Shown here in pieces: positions 1 through 12,184 of a stretch of 64,000 nucleotides of DNA. A program made the position numbers and the translations under genes. Source of the stretch: Octopus bimaculoides (Eukaryota); assembly GCF_001194135.2 (NCBI RefSeq), contig NC_068995.1:51293243-51357242 (forward strand). Reading direction: 5' to 3'. Position 1 is the first letter of the stretch. Each line of letters starts with the position of its first letter. The notes under the pieces were generated by a model. It had not been told where the DNA came from. It was given only the letters and a program-made list of their open reading frames with translations, and did no database searches.

Positions 1-927
1 CTTCTGTCACTGTTTTTTAAATGTAGAAAACCAAGCAGCTTGTTCATGTAACAATCATGACATGCTGCCTCTAGTGAATATTGTCATGCATGAACGGAAT
101 CTTGGTGATATAGGCCTAGTATGGCTACAGATGGAATGTTTGAGTAACGTCAAGGAATTTGTTGGGAAGAGGATGAGGGGAAAAATTGGGATTGTTGATG
201 ACAAACAAAGATTAGAGTGGTGTGGAGGTTGCACCTCTTGCAGTGTACCTACATCCTCCTCCTCTGTAGATTATTAATTTAATTGATTAATCTGACAATA
301 AGATTAATATGACAATAATCTAGTAAGAGAGAAGGAATAGATTTTACAAAGTGAGAAACAATAGATACAATGTTGGAAATTTCTCATTTTTTCATGTGTT
401 GGTGGTAATACATGGCTGATTATATCTAAAATAAAAGTACTGATTTATTAAAATAAGTACAAAATAAGTACAATCCTATAAATTCACTATATTTTGGATA
501 AGAAGAAGCTAAAATGCTTTTGTACAAAATTTCAGCTCTCTGGGTCCAAAGCTGTGACTACTGGGGATACATATTCCTAATAGTCACAGGGACTGGAATT
601 ATGTATTACCAAAATAAGGTAAAAACAAATGAAATATTTTCATTTAGAATTAGAATACTTTTTTCTTTGAAAGATTCATTTTTTTATTTTCATGACTATA
701 TTGAAACACAATGTTTCAGGAATGATCAAGAATTTGATGTGTTTTAGTAAAATAGCCGATCAATAAATAAGTGTTTGTGAACATCACTTAACAAAAGGTC
801 TTGAAAATTTTGTCAGAGGATTTTAATTGAAATCTAAAGAATACCTAGGTATTTTGGTATTGTAAAATCTGAGCCAGACTCAGACAAGCTAGTAATTAAA
901 GTGTTAATCAAAATGTTAACCTTCCTT

Positions 928-1030
<103 letters not shown>

Positions 1031-1088
1031 TAGTGTAGAGACCCTTTGAACAATTCTTAGTCTTTGTTGTGTCTTTTTCTGTTTTCAG

Positions 1089-1175
1089 GGCGTAAGGATG
1101 CTGGGCTATACCAATGCATGTTCACTGTTGGAAAGAAAACAACCAAAACCTTCTCAATCGATGTTGCTATGAATA
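1089..1175 (+). CDS. BSG: Basigin/neuroplastin-like gene, internal exon (end of an Ig domain); gene starts upstream of the window
   Basis: ttttcag|GG acceptor and AATA|gtaag donor, phase 1/1. Reads RKDAGLYQCMFTVGKKTTKTFSIDVAMN with the Ig D-x-G-x-Y-x-C motif and joins in frame to the 3872 exon. Confidence 0.85.
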
Positions 1176-3090
1176 GTAAGTCTCCTGTAACCCTTTTCAA
1201 ATGCCTGCTTCTTCTCCAACCCCATCTCATTTCAGACCACCTCTCCTTTGCTATTCAGTATTGTAATTGAAGCATGTCATCTTTAAACATATTTGGTGAC
1301 ATTTCCCTGCCTCCTGACATTTGCTGATAATCAAGGAGCGATTCCATCACAAATTGTTAATAGGTTAGACTTCACATTCTACAGTGTTGTTTGTTTTCTC
1401 ATCTCCAAGAATAAATTTTGTTTTCTGTGTATTTTCTTTTCTCTATACTGATGATTCAACTCTCCTATGTTTAGCAATGATTTTTGTGTGTCTATTGATT
1501 TTTATTTATTTGTATGTGGTAGGGGCTAATTGTACTACACGAGCTGCTTATAAAATGTCAGATGCTTTCTACTTTATTGTTAGTAATTTCGTTGAACATT
1601 GTATAGGTATTACTAAGATTGCTATAACATTGAAAGCTCTTTTTTGCATCAGTGAGTTTGATATTCTATAGAAATGAAGATATTTCCTTCGTTTTGCTGT
1701 TTTTCTTTCTACAAAATGAGAAGATACATTGTGAAGCTGTTATCTTAGCGAGTTGCATCTATTTACCACCTGATGAGACACATCTTCACCGTCGGATGCT
1801 CCTGAACCAGTTGTTAAGTGTCCCACCCATGAGGGATCAATGCTAGATGTGCCAAAACAATTGTCGGGATTAATAATTCTTTCTACTATAGGCACAAGGC
1901 CTGAAATTTAGGGTGGTGGGGACTAGTCGATTGCATCGACTCCAGTGTTTCACTGGTACTTATTTAATCAACCCCAAAAGGATGAAAGGCATGTTAAATG
2001 ATGATGATGATGTTTATCTGTCTCATCTTAATGATAGACACCAACCTGGCTGAAACCGGCTCTGACTCTTGAGTACTGATGTCTTATTTTCATAAGTCTT
2101 GAATTAAAATCTTCCATCAAACCTTGGTTACAATTTATGTTCCTAACACCAGTTTAATGATAACTAAGTTATTTTACTAGATTCTTTGTTATACTTAAAA
2201 TTAATTGAAAGAAACACAGAGCATCTCAACAGAAATATGGTAACAAAAAGGTTAATGATAGATACCTTGGTATGATTGTATGAAATAATCAATGAACTAA
2301 GGCTAAAATTAAAAATCCTTAAAAAGCTTGCAGTGTCTTGTTGGTATTGAAACAGCAGCCTAATTAATTTTATAAACTAAATACATTTTGGTTAAGAAGG
2401 TGAGCATTCTTTGAATCTATATGTCCTTTTGGTCAAATATCTATTGTCATTAGCTTACTGTGGTGAATGTAAAATAAATGTTAAATATGTAGGCAATCAT
2501 AAGTATTGTTTGACAAAGTATATGTCGTATTAAAACTAGTGCTGTTGCCATTAAGGACTATTGTATCATCAAAGACTGCATCATTGGATTTGCATTTGAC
2601 ACATTCTTAACTGTAATTGTAGAGTTTTTTGTTTTCATTGCAGTTAAGCTTCTTTCATTGGCTGAAAGATGTGTGGTTTGTTTGTTTGTTTGTTCATTGT
2701 TTTTCTTCTTTTTTTTCTTTTTGTTTTCTCTTTATGTTGGAATATGAAGATGTCATTGAAAGTGTCAAGCATCTCAACTTATTCTCTCTGTCTCCTCTTT
2801 CCCAAATGTCAATCGTCTCAACTGTCATTTCTCTTGACACACGCACGTGCACGTGTACGCACATACGCATACACACGTGCACACGCACATACATGCCTAT
2901 GCACGCACGCACACACACACACACACACAAACATCATGTTGAAGTTGTGACCAAGATATGTAGAAATGTGGGAGTAACATACAATGAATTTGAATCCCTT
3001 AAGTACAAACCTTCACCCATTGTGCACCTTGAGTATGGAGTGTTACTGAGGTCCATAATTAACCCTTTTGCATTAAAATACTAAGTCTGT

Positions 3091-3479
3091 GTGGAGGCAC
3101 AATGGCCCAGTAGTTAGGGCAGCGGACTCGCAGTCATAGGATCGCGGTTTCGATTCCCAGACCGGGTGTTGTGAATGTTTATTGAGCGAAACTACCTAAA
3201 GCTCCACGAGGCTCCGGCAGAGGATGGTGGCGAACCCTGCTGTACTCTTCCACCACAACTTTCTCTCACTCTTACTTCCTGTTTCTGTTGTGCCTGTAAT
3301 TCAAAGGGTCAGCCTTGTCACACTCTGTGTCACGCTGAATCTCCTCCGAGGACTACGTTAAGGGTACATGTGTCTGTGGAGTGCTCAGCCACTTGCACGT
3401 TAATTTCCCAAGCAGGCTGTTTCGTTGATCGGACCAACTGGAACCCTCGACGTCGTAAGCGACGGAGTGCCAACTCCAA
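3091..3479 (+). mobile_element. Full-length tRNA-derived SINE (family A) with 11-bp target-site duplication
   Basis: A box TGGCCCAGTAGTTAGG and B box GGTTTCGATTCC; flanked by actaagtctgt at 3080-3090 and 3480-3490. Confidence 0.85.
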
Positions 3480-3871
3480 ACTAAGTCTGTAAAATACTAA
3501 GTTCAATTCAATTCACTATAGTCCTTCCCTAACAAAATGAATCCTGTTTGATTAAAGTCCTTTATCATTGTTGATAGAATTGGTAGAGTTGAGATGTTTA
3601 TTTTTGGTCATCTAGGTGTTTTGAGAGTCTATTTTAGTTTAAAGTCTTGGTACTGTTGATTTGGGGAATTCATATATCTCATAAAGATGGATGCCATGTT
3701 CTCTAAATTTCATCCTCTTAGAAAATGGTGGCTGTGTGTGTGTGTGTGTGTGTGGGTGGGTGGAGTTGAAGGAGAAACACTTTGTATGTCGAAAATATAC
3801 GACTGAGGAAGCAGTAAAAAAGAAAGAAAAAACTGAAGTAAATATGTTTTTTGTTTCTGTTTAATTTCCAG

Positions 3872-4138
3872 TGGCTCCTTACATTCAGTCAACTGAGAAG
3901 TCTCGTAACTTGGTACAAAGTGACAAATTGCAATTGGAATGCAATGTTCAGAGCTATCCACCTTCAACTATTACTTGGAAAAGAGATAATGTTACTTTTG
4001 AAAAGGGTCAAAGAATTCATTGGAATAACAAGACACTTACCATCTACGACCTTCAATTCTCGGACAAGGGCAAGTATATCTGCATTGCTAGCAACATGAT
4101 TGGCAACACATCTATGACTGTCCTAGTTCGTGTTAAGG
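3872..4138 (+). CDS. BSG: Basigin/neuroplastin-like gene, membrane-proximal Ig domain exon
   Basis: ttccag| acceptor and AAGG|gtaagt donor, phase 1/1. MAPYIQSTEKSRNLVQSDKLQLECNVQSYPPSTITWKR...DKGKYICIASN...VRVK has the Ig Cys-Trp-Cys pattern and N-glycosylation sequons NVT, NKT, NTS. Confidence 0.92.
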
Positions 4139-4339
4139 GTAAGTTATTTTCGTGTTTCTTTTAACTTTCGTTCATTTATAAATAATCTTAAGAAATGACT
4201 TGTACATCATCAAGAGTAAACCTTCAAAGTTGGAATTGCTTCTTGCCGATGTCAGATCATTAAAATCTATTGAAATGTTAAAAAAAAGTCTCAAAAATTT
4301 CATGGTATTTTTACTTGAATAAAGGCAGAAAAGGCTTTA

Positions 4340-4501
4340 TCTTGCATTATCTCAAAGCTACGAGAATTCAATAAAGTGATTTCTTTCTTTTTTTTAGCGA
4401 TTTCATACAGGAATCAGATACGGCCAGATTTGGCCAGTTCAAACAAATCAAGGGGAATTATTTTTGGCTGGTTTTGGCCAGTCTGAATACTAGAGGGTTA
4501 A
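4340..4501. mobile_element. Possible piggyBac-like MITE end (...GGGTTAA); a similar terminus ends at 2255
   Basis: Ends gagggTTAA and aaaggTTAA; the matching left ends were not located. Confidence 0.3.
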
Positions 4502-5065
4502 AATCTGAGGCATCGAACCTCCCCTCTATCCAATAGTACACAAGCTTGTGCTATTTTATTAGTTACTGTTGTATTGTGCATTTGACTTGAAATTTCCCCT
4601 ATGTCAGATTTTATCCTTCTTCCCCTCTAAGGCTAAGTGAATTTCTATTATATATTATTATCTTGGAGTGGTTGGCGTTAGGAAGGGCATCCAACTGTAG
4701 AAACTCTGCCAAATCAGATTGGAGCCTGGTGTAGCCTTCGGGTTCCACCAGTCCTCAGTCAAATCGTCCAACCCATGCTAGCATGGAAAGCGGACGTTGA
4801 ACAATGATGATGATGATGATGATCCTTGTAGTGTTTGCCAGAAAACAGAACAATATTCATCATCGCAACTCTGAATTGAAAGTTTGATTTTCACATAATT
4901 GTTATGTTGATTTCTTGTTTGGTGCAAAGAGATAAATCTTATTTTATTTTCTCAAAAACATGATCTATCATGAAATTACTTTCTTTGAGACATGTTTCTG
5001 CATAATTAATTAGATTAAACAACCATTTTGTCTATCTTGTATGTTGTTTATCATTTATTTTCCAG

Positions 5066-5201
5066 ATAAACTTGCTGCTCTCTGGCCTTTCCTTGGCATT
5101 GTTGCTGAAGTTGTTATCTTATGTATAATTATTTTTATATGTGAGAAGAAACGCAGTAAAGACATGGAGGAAGATTATGATGGAGCCGGCCAGCAAAACA
5201 T
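5066..5201 (+). CDS. BSG: Basigin/neuroplastin-like gene, transmembrane exon
   Basis: ttccag| acceptor and AACAT|gtaagt donor. DKLAALWPFLGIVAEVVILCIIIFICEKKRSKDMEEDYDGAGQQN matches the basigin/neuroplastin TM signature LAALWPFLGIVAEV with the intramembrane Glu. Confidence 0.95.
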
Positions 5202-5376
5202 GTAAGTATACCTGGGGTGAGTCAGCAGTGAATCAATGTCTGACACTTGTATAAAACAAGTAACTTGTGTGATTCAGGAGTGTCAGCTCAGACTGGGTGG
5301 CCATATTGCTCAGTTTTTCAAGTTAGACCCTACTTACTGTGTTCTGTTTAAAGAAGATCCAGCTGGGCTGGTGGCT

Positions 5377-5656
5377 CATGTTGGATGACCACATACTACA
5401 TGATCATGTTGGATGACCACATACTACATGATCATGTTGGATGACCACATACTACATGATCATGTTGGATGACCACATACTACATGATCATGTTGGATGA
5501 CCACATACTACATGATCATGTTGGATGACCACATACTACATGATCATGTTGGATGACCACATACTACATGATCATGTTGGATGACCACATACTACATGAT
5601 CATGTTGGATGACCACATACTACATGATCATGTTGGATGACCACATACTACATGAT
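5377..5656. repeat. Perfect 28-bp minisatellite x10
   Basis: Unit catgttggatgaccacatactacatgat, 10 identical copies followed by catg. Confidence 0.95.
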
Positions 5657-5744
5657 CATGGCAGATGAGGTGGGTATCACATTACGAAGGGGACTGACCA
5701 GGACTCTGCTCCACTGGTTGCCCAAGAGTCAGCAAAAAATATGA

Positions 5745-6135
5745 ATGCTGGTGTAATTGTCTGGTAAGAAGTTTGCTTGCCAACCACATGGTTCCGGGTT
5801 CAGTCCCACTGCATGGCACCTTGGGCAAGTGTCTTCTATTATAGCCTCGGGCCGACCAAAGCCTTGTGAGTGGATTTGGTAAACGGAAACTGAAAGAAGC
5901 CTGTTGTGTGTCGTTTGTGTCTGTCCTCACACTGCTTGACAACTGGTGTTGGTTTCTTTTCATCCCCATGACTTAGCAGTTGTACAAAAGAGATTGATAT
6001 AATAAGTATCAGACTTCAAATGAAAAAAAAAAAGAATATTAAATACTGGGCTTGATTTGTTTGACTAAAAATCCTTCAAGAGGATGCTCTAGCATGGCCA
6101 TAGTCTAATGATTGAAACCAGTAAAAATAAAAGAT
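5745..6135 (+). mobile_element. SINE family C (tRNA head + CORE-like segment) in the last basigin intron
   Basis: gtggtaag...ggttccgggttcagtcccactgc..ggcaccttgggcaagtgtcttcta (CORE/MIR-like accttgggcaagt) ...cagcatggcc...gtaaaa tail. Confidence 0.8.
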
Positions 6136-6734
6136 GTGATGAGACCTAATGACACAGAGATAAGTTAGTGGTAACGCTTTAAATTTAGAGAATATTAAAA
6201 AAAAAATGAACTAAAAATAGACATGCAGTGAGACAGACAAATAGGCAGACAGCTAAGTTTGGGGTAACATATTTAATGTAGGGAATATTAAAGGGTTAAC
6301 TAAAAATAGTGTATAATGAGCAACAATAAGCATTAGACAATGAGCAAATACAGGACAGAACTCCCGACAATATATTTTGTGACTATTAGTCAAAGTCATG
6401 CATGGCAGGCAATTTTAGACATGTTTCAGTCTTATTCTGGCTTCACCAACAAATGATAACTTTCACTGTGCTTGCCTAATATGGTGATGAATGGCAAACT
6501 AAATAAATGTATGAGATTGTATATTTGTTGCCATAAGAAAGCAGACTCATTCAGAAATTAAGTAGTCGAGAAATTCTCGAATATTTTTCAAAAAAAAGTA
6601 TTCAAGAAAAAAACAAAACAAAAAAACTCACCATTAAAAAATTTTTTTTTTTTCATTATGAAGATTGTTGAAAATTTGCTTTTTATTTATTTTTATGTAA
6701 TTTGTTTTATCTCAATATTTTCCTTCTGTTCTAG

Positions 6735-6795
6735 GCCAAATGCTAAAGATCACAAAGGCAAAGATGAAATCCGGCAGAGAAATGTCAGGACATGA
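6735..6795 (+). CDS. BSG: Basigin/neuroplastin-like gene, last coding exon
   Basis: ttctgttctag|G acceptor. The phase-2 join gives (M)PNAKDHKGKDEIRQRNVRT-TGA, with the family C-terminal RQRN motif. Confidence 0.88.
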
Positions 6796-6970
6796 AAGAA
6801 AGAGAAAGAGAGCTACTGAACTTTTATTATAATGATTACATTTTTTTATAGTTATTATTATTACTACTACTATTACTACTACTACTATTATTATCATACA
6901 CCCCCTCCCTCCCTCATGGATTTTTTGCGATCTCATTTCAGAATTGGATACTGTAGCGATTAAAAAATTT

Positions 6971-7008
<38 letters not shown>

Positions 7009-8030
7009 CATCCTGTTTTAGTTGAATCTTCTTAACCAAAAGAAAAGAAAAACAAAATGAAAATAAAAAAATAACAAACAAGGCTTGTATATTGGTCAGT
7101 ACTCACTCATTCATTTACTCAATCTAAATGTAAAAAAAAAATAAAAGTGAGTACTCAGTGAAATACTCCCACCACACTTCAACTCCTGTTGTACATTCCA
7201 TCATGAAATAATTTGTATAGTACTCACAATCTGTAGTAAAAAAAATCTGATAAGAATCTTTTTCTCTTCTTTCCTATTCTTCTGAAGAAAAATTTTGATG
7301 TGACCAATGTCTTTGGATTCAAATTGAAATTTGGTGAATTTCAAAATTTTTTTTGTTTTAAACTAGTTCACTCCTTTCGCTCGCCCCCCCCCACTCCTAA
7401 TGATTAAAATGNNNNNNNNNNNNNNNNNNNNNNNNNNNNNNNNNNNNNNNNNNNNNNNNNNNNNNNNNNNNNNNNNNNNNNNNNNNNNNNNNNNNNNNNN
7501 NNNNNNNNNNAAGATAAAAAAAAAAAAATCAAAATTTATTCTTGACTTATATTGTGGTTATAAGCATAAGAAACGGCTATATACAAAAGACATATAGCAA
7601 TCACCTACAAAAAACAAAAAACAAAAAAAAAAGGTTTTCAGTTTGAAGATTCCTAAAGATTTAGCTTTTTTTTTTTTTAGTCTTTTTCTGGGTGTCCAAT
7701 TTTGAGTTACCAATAATACAATTACTTACTAAATGACAGCTAAGGGTTTTATTATTTTTAAGATTGTAAAAGTTGTGCATGGGTGCGCACGTATGTGTGT
7801 GTGTGTGTGTGTGTGCTTGTGTGTGTGTATATGTGTTTGTGGCAGCATGAAAACTGGAGATACTTGGATGTGGTTGTTTTACTCTTTTGGCTTAATTTTA
7901 TTGAGCCATTGTCAGTTAGTCCTGAGTGAATAATTTTAATAGAAGCTGTATTGGCTAATATTTAACTCAAGAAACAACAGAAGTAAAAACTATTATTATT
8001 ATCATTATTATTATTATTATTATTATTATC

Positions 8031-8490
8031 AAGGTGGTAAGCTGGCAGAATTGTTAGCATGCTGGAGCAGAAATGCTTAACAGTATTTTGTCCATCTTGG
8101 GTTCTGAGTTCAAACTCTGCTGAGGTCGACTTTGCCTTTCATCCTTTCGGGGATCGATAAAATAAGTACCAGGGTTGATGTGATTGACTCTGCCCCTCCC
8201 CACAAATTCCTGGCCTTGTGCCTTTAGTAGAAAGGATTATTATTATCATTATCATTATTATTATTATTAAGGCGGTTAACTGGCAGAATTATTAGCATGT
8301 TGGACAAAGTGCTTAGTGACATTTTATTTGTCTTTAAGTTTGGATTTCAAATTCCGCTGAGGTTAACTTAGCCTTTCATCCTTTCGGGGTCGATAAAATA
8401 AGTAGCAGTTGAACACTGGGATTGACTTAGTCCCTCCCCCAGAAATTGCTGGCCTTGGGCCAAAATTTGAAACCATTATTATTATTATTA
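8031..8490 (+). mobile_element. Two head-to-tail SINE family B copies separated by (ATT)n
   Basis: Repeated ggYggtaagctggcagaa...gaggtcgactttgcctttcatcctttcggggtcgataaaataagtacc...gccttgtgcc with (ATT)n tails. Confidence 0.85.
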
Positions 8491-8629
8491 TTGACTTTTT
8501 TTTTGAATTTTGAGATTTCACAAAATTTTAATTTACCTTTTTCTAAAATAAGTAAAAAAAAGTTAAATAATCAGGACTTAGTAGATGTGGGATGGCAACA
8601 AACAAACACACACACATACCACGTGATCA

Positions 8630-8901
8630 TATGATAGACCAAGCTATTGGATGTTATACACCACTGGTCACAATGCGCTTTGCGTTTTTGGCTTTTGAAT
8701 GATGCCACCCCACTGGCTGGGCAAGTAGGCCAACATTCCCCTTAATCGGAATGTTAATCCATCACAGGGTCACCCATTTACAGCTGGAGCAACAGGAAAT
8801 GAAGTGTCTTGCTCAAGAACACTATGCATTGCCTGATCTGGGAATTGAACCCATGATCTAGCGATTGTGAGTGGATCACCCTAACCACTGGGCCATGCAC
8901 C

Positions 8902-8905
<4 letters not shown>
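8630..8905 (-). mobile_element. tRNA-derived SINE (CORE/V-like body)
   Basis: The minus strand reads GCATGGCCCAGTGGTTAGGG...GGGTTCAATTCCC...GTGTTCTTGAGCAAGACACTT...CCTGTGATGGA. Domain naming is from memory. Confidence 0.65.
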
Positions 8906-8933
<28 letters not shown>

Positions 8934-9223
8934 NNNNNNNNNNNNNNNNNNNNNNNNNNNNNNNNNNNNNNNNNNNNNNNNNNNNNNNNNNNNNNNNNNN
9001 NNNNNNNNNNNNNNNNNNNNNNNNNNNNNNNNNNNNNNNNNNNNNNNNNNNNNNNNNNNNNNNNNNNNNNNNNNNNNNNNNNNNNNNNNNNNNNNNNNNN
9101 NNNNNNNNNNNNNNNNNNNNNNNNNNNNNNNNNNNNNNNNNNNNNNNNNNNNNNNNNNNNNNNNNNNNNNNNNNNNNNNNNNNNNNNNNNNNNNNNNNNN
9201 NATATATATATATATATATATAT

Positions 9224-9264
<41 letters not shown>

Positions 9265-9523
9265 TATATATATATATATATATGTACACACACACATATA
9301 TATATATAGACACACACATTTGTATCAAGATGATTAATTTCTATTACTGCCTGAAAGATTCTATTCAGTAAGAAAACTCTGAGTAGCAATGGGATGAACT
9401 GCCAGCTTCATACGGATAAATATCTTCTACAGCATGTATCGAGCAATCTTTCTCTTGTTTATTAAGCAAGTGTGTGTCTGTTTATGATGATGATAGTGTG
9501 TCTGTGTGTATGTAAGCATGTGC

Positions 9524-9575
<52 letters not shown>

Positions 9576-10340
9576 CGGACGTTAAACGATGATGATGATG
9601 ATGAATGAGGTCTGTGCTTTGGCTTGGCTGTAATCATATTTCTTTAACCAGAAAACCCTAACCCTAACAACCCCCACTGGAGTGGCTTCTGCCTGCTCTG
9701 TCTCTCCTGAATTGTACCCAATTAATTTGACAGATTTGCGTGTTCTGCTTCTTAGCCGTGCAGCTGACACACACACGAAGAGTCTCATGCGTTTCTCAAC
9801 CACAAATACTACCCCTTTATATACATACACAAATTTAATACACTTTTTGTACATTTCTTCCACAGATATCTACAGTAATTGGAGTTGATTTTAATGATTT
9901 TTAATTAGTAAAAAAGAAAAAAAAGTCAATAAAATTTCCACTCTGAAATTTATCTTATAAAACATAATCACATGTAATATTAACATGGTAGATAATGATG
10001 TCACCTGTGTAGATTTAGATACGTTTTAGAATTAAAATCTTTTCAGAAATGAATGATCTAATTGAAACACTTTAAGTTGATATTGAACCACTGTAATATT
10101 GATGATGATGATGATGATGATGGCAGTAGAATGGTAAAATTGGTAGTGCCAGACTCTCTAGCACAGTGTCCTGCGTTACTTAATTATACTGCTGTGTGGT
10201 CAATAAAGTATATGCTAGTCATGTAAAGAGGGTTATTTAAATTGACTCTATCCCCTACTTCACTCCTATATGAATCTGGAGGTCTTACACCAATGTAGGG
10301 ACTCATTATTATTATTATTATTATTAATCATTATTATTAT

Positions 10341-10985
10341 AAAGGTGTTGGATTGATAGACTCGATATTCAACTGAATAAGAAATCTTGTGTTATTCAGT
10401 TGTATCCTTTTTGTTCTGAGTTCAAATCCTGCCAAGGTGGGTCGATAAAATAAAGTACCAGTTAAATACTAGGGGTCGATATGAATAGATTAGCACCCCC
10501 CAACTCTCTTTAAAATTGCTGGCTTTGTACCTAAATTAGAAATTATTGTTATTATTATTATTAAGGTGGTAAGCTGGCAGAATCATTAGAATGCTGGGCA
10601 AAAATGCTTATCGGCACATTTTACTTGTCCTTGTGTTCTAAGTTCAAATTCTGCCGAGACTGCATTTGCCTTTCACCCTTTCGGGGTCAATAAAATAAGT
10701 ACCAGTTGAGCACTGGGGTTGATGTAATTGACTAGGTCCTTCCCCCAAAATTTCAGGCTTTCTCCCTTCAGTAGAAATTACCATTGTTATTATTATTATT
10801 ATTATTGGCAGATCTGTTAAAGCATTTGGGTCGTTATTACCTTAAGCTCAAATCCAGATTAGGCAGATTTTCACTTTTATCCTTGGGTGGGGATCGACAA
10901 AATCACCAGTGAGGTACTGAATTTGATAGAATCGACTTTGCTCTCCATCCCCACACGAATTTGTGGCATTGTGCTAATTATTATT
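10341..10985 (+). mobile_element. Three head-to-tail SINE family B copies of differing divergence
   Basis: Same family-B consensus blocks, each ending in (ATT)n-like runs. Confidence 0.75.
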
Positions 10986-11991
10986 AGTTTGAAACCATCC
11001 TGATTTTTTTTCAGTATTATTCTTAAAGATATTAGTGACGACGAAATATGGGGTGGGGTTGAAATTTCTGAAATTTCTACAGAATTGTTTTTCTGTACCA
11101 ATCATTTTTCATGTCTCTAATCAAAAATTAAAAAAATTAAAATAATAATAATAATAATAATAAATTTATATATGTAAATCCATACACAAGGCACTAGCAC
11201 AATACTGTTGATTTGGGTTTTTTTCTCCCTTTCTGTTTATGTAGTGAGTTAACAGTTAATGAATATTGAAATTAATTAATTTTTGTCTCCCTTCTCATCA
11301 CCTTAAAGTTTTAATTTATTTCCATTAAATATTTCATTGATTAGCTTTACTCTCAATTTTTGTTTAGTGGTTATTATTATTATTATTATTATTATCAATT
11401 TTTGCTGTTTTCTACCTCTTTTTTTTCCTCCCTCATCCTTGTTCTCTCTTTCTTTCTTGACAATTTTTTTTAAAATTTTGTAAATTACTTTATAATTACT
11501 TTAATTGCAATGCATGTTTGTGGGAATAACACTCAAAATGATTTCTTCTGTTGTTTTTCTTTTCTCTCTCTCTCTCTCTTTTTTTTTTTTAATTAAATAT
11601 TTCAATTGATTAAATTCTTTGATTTATTAAAAAAAAAAAAAAAAAGAAAAATACAAATGACAAATTTTTGTTTTATTGATTGGCTTCCTGTGTCTGGTTT
11701 TAAAAAAAATTCCTGAAAAACAAAAAAAAAAAACCGAAAAAAAATCCTCCAAGAACGAAAGAAAGAAAGAACCAAACAGCCATGTTTAAATTTGAGAGGC
11801 CATAATAATTGTGGGTACACTATACCATAAGTTTGGTTAAATTCTTGAAAACTTTGATTTGTTCCAATATTTTTTTCTCATTGAAACTATATTTGATGAA
11901 ACTTGTTCTCATTTTCTTCTTTTGCTTTCTGTCTGTCTTTCCTTATTTCTCTTTTGGTCTCTACCTGCCTAGTTCTTTCTTCATACATACA

Positions 11992-12056
<65 letters not shown>

Positions 12057-12150
12057 ATATATATATACATACATTCATACGTATATATATACACACACAT
12101 ATATATATATATACACATACATTCATATGTATATATATACATATATACAT

Positions 12151-12184
<34 letters not shown>

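Noticed and set aside
3091-3170. tRNA gene
   Set aside because: The A/B boxes continue into a 389-bp body with a TSD and no oligo-T terminator; it is a SINE head. The same applies to the family B and C heads.
5377-5656. 28-bp repeat as a CRISPR array
   Set aside because: Units abut with no spacers, the context is a eukaryotic intron, and there are no cas genes.
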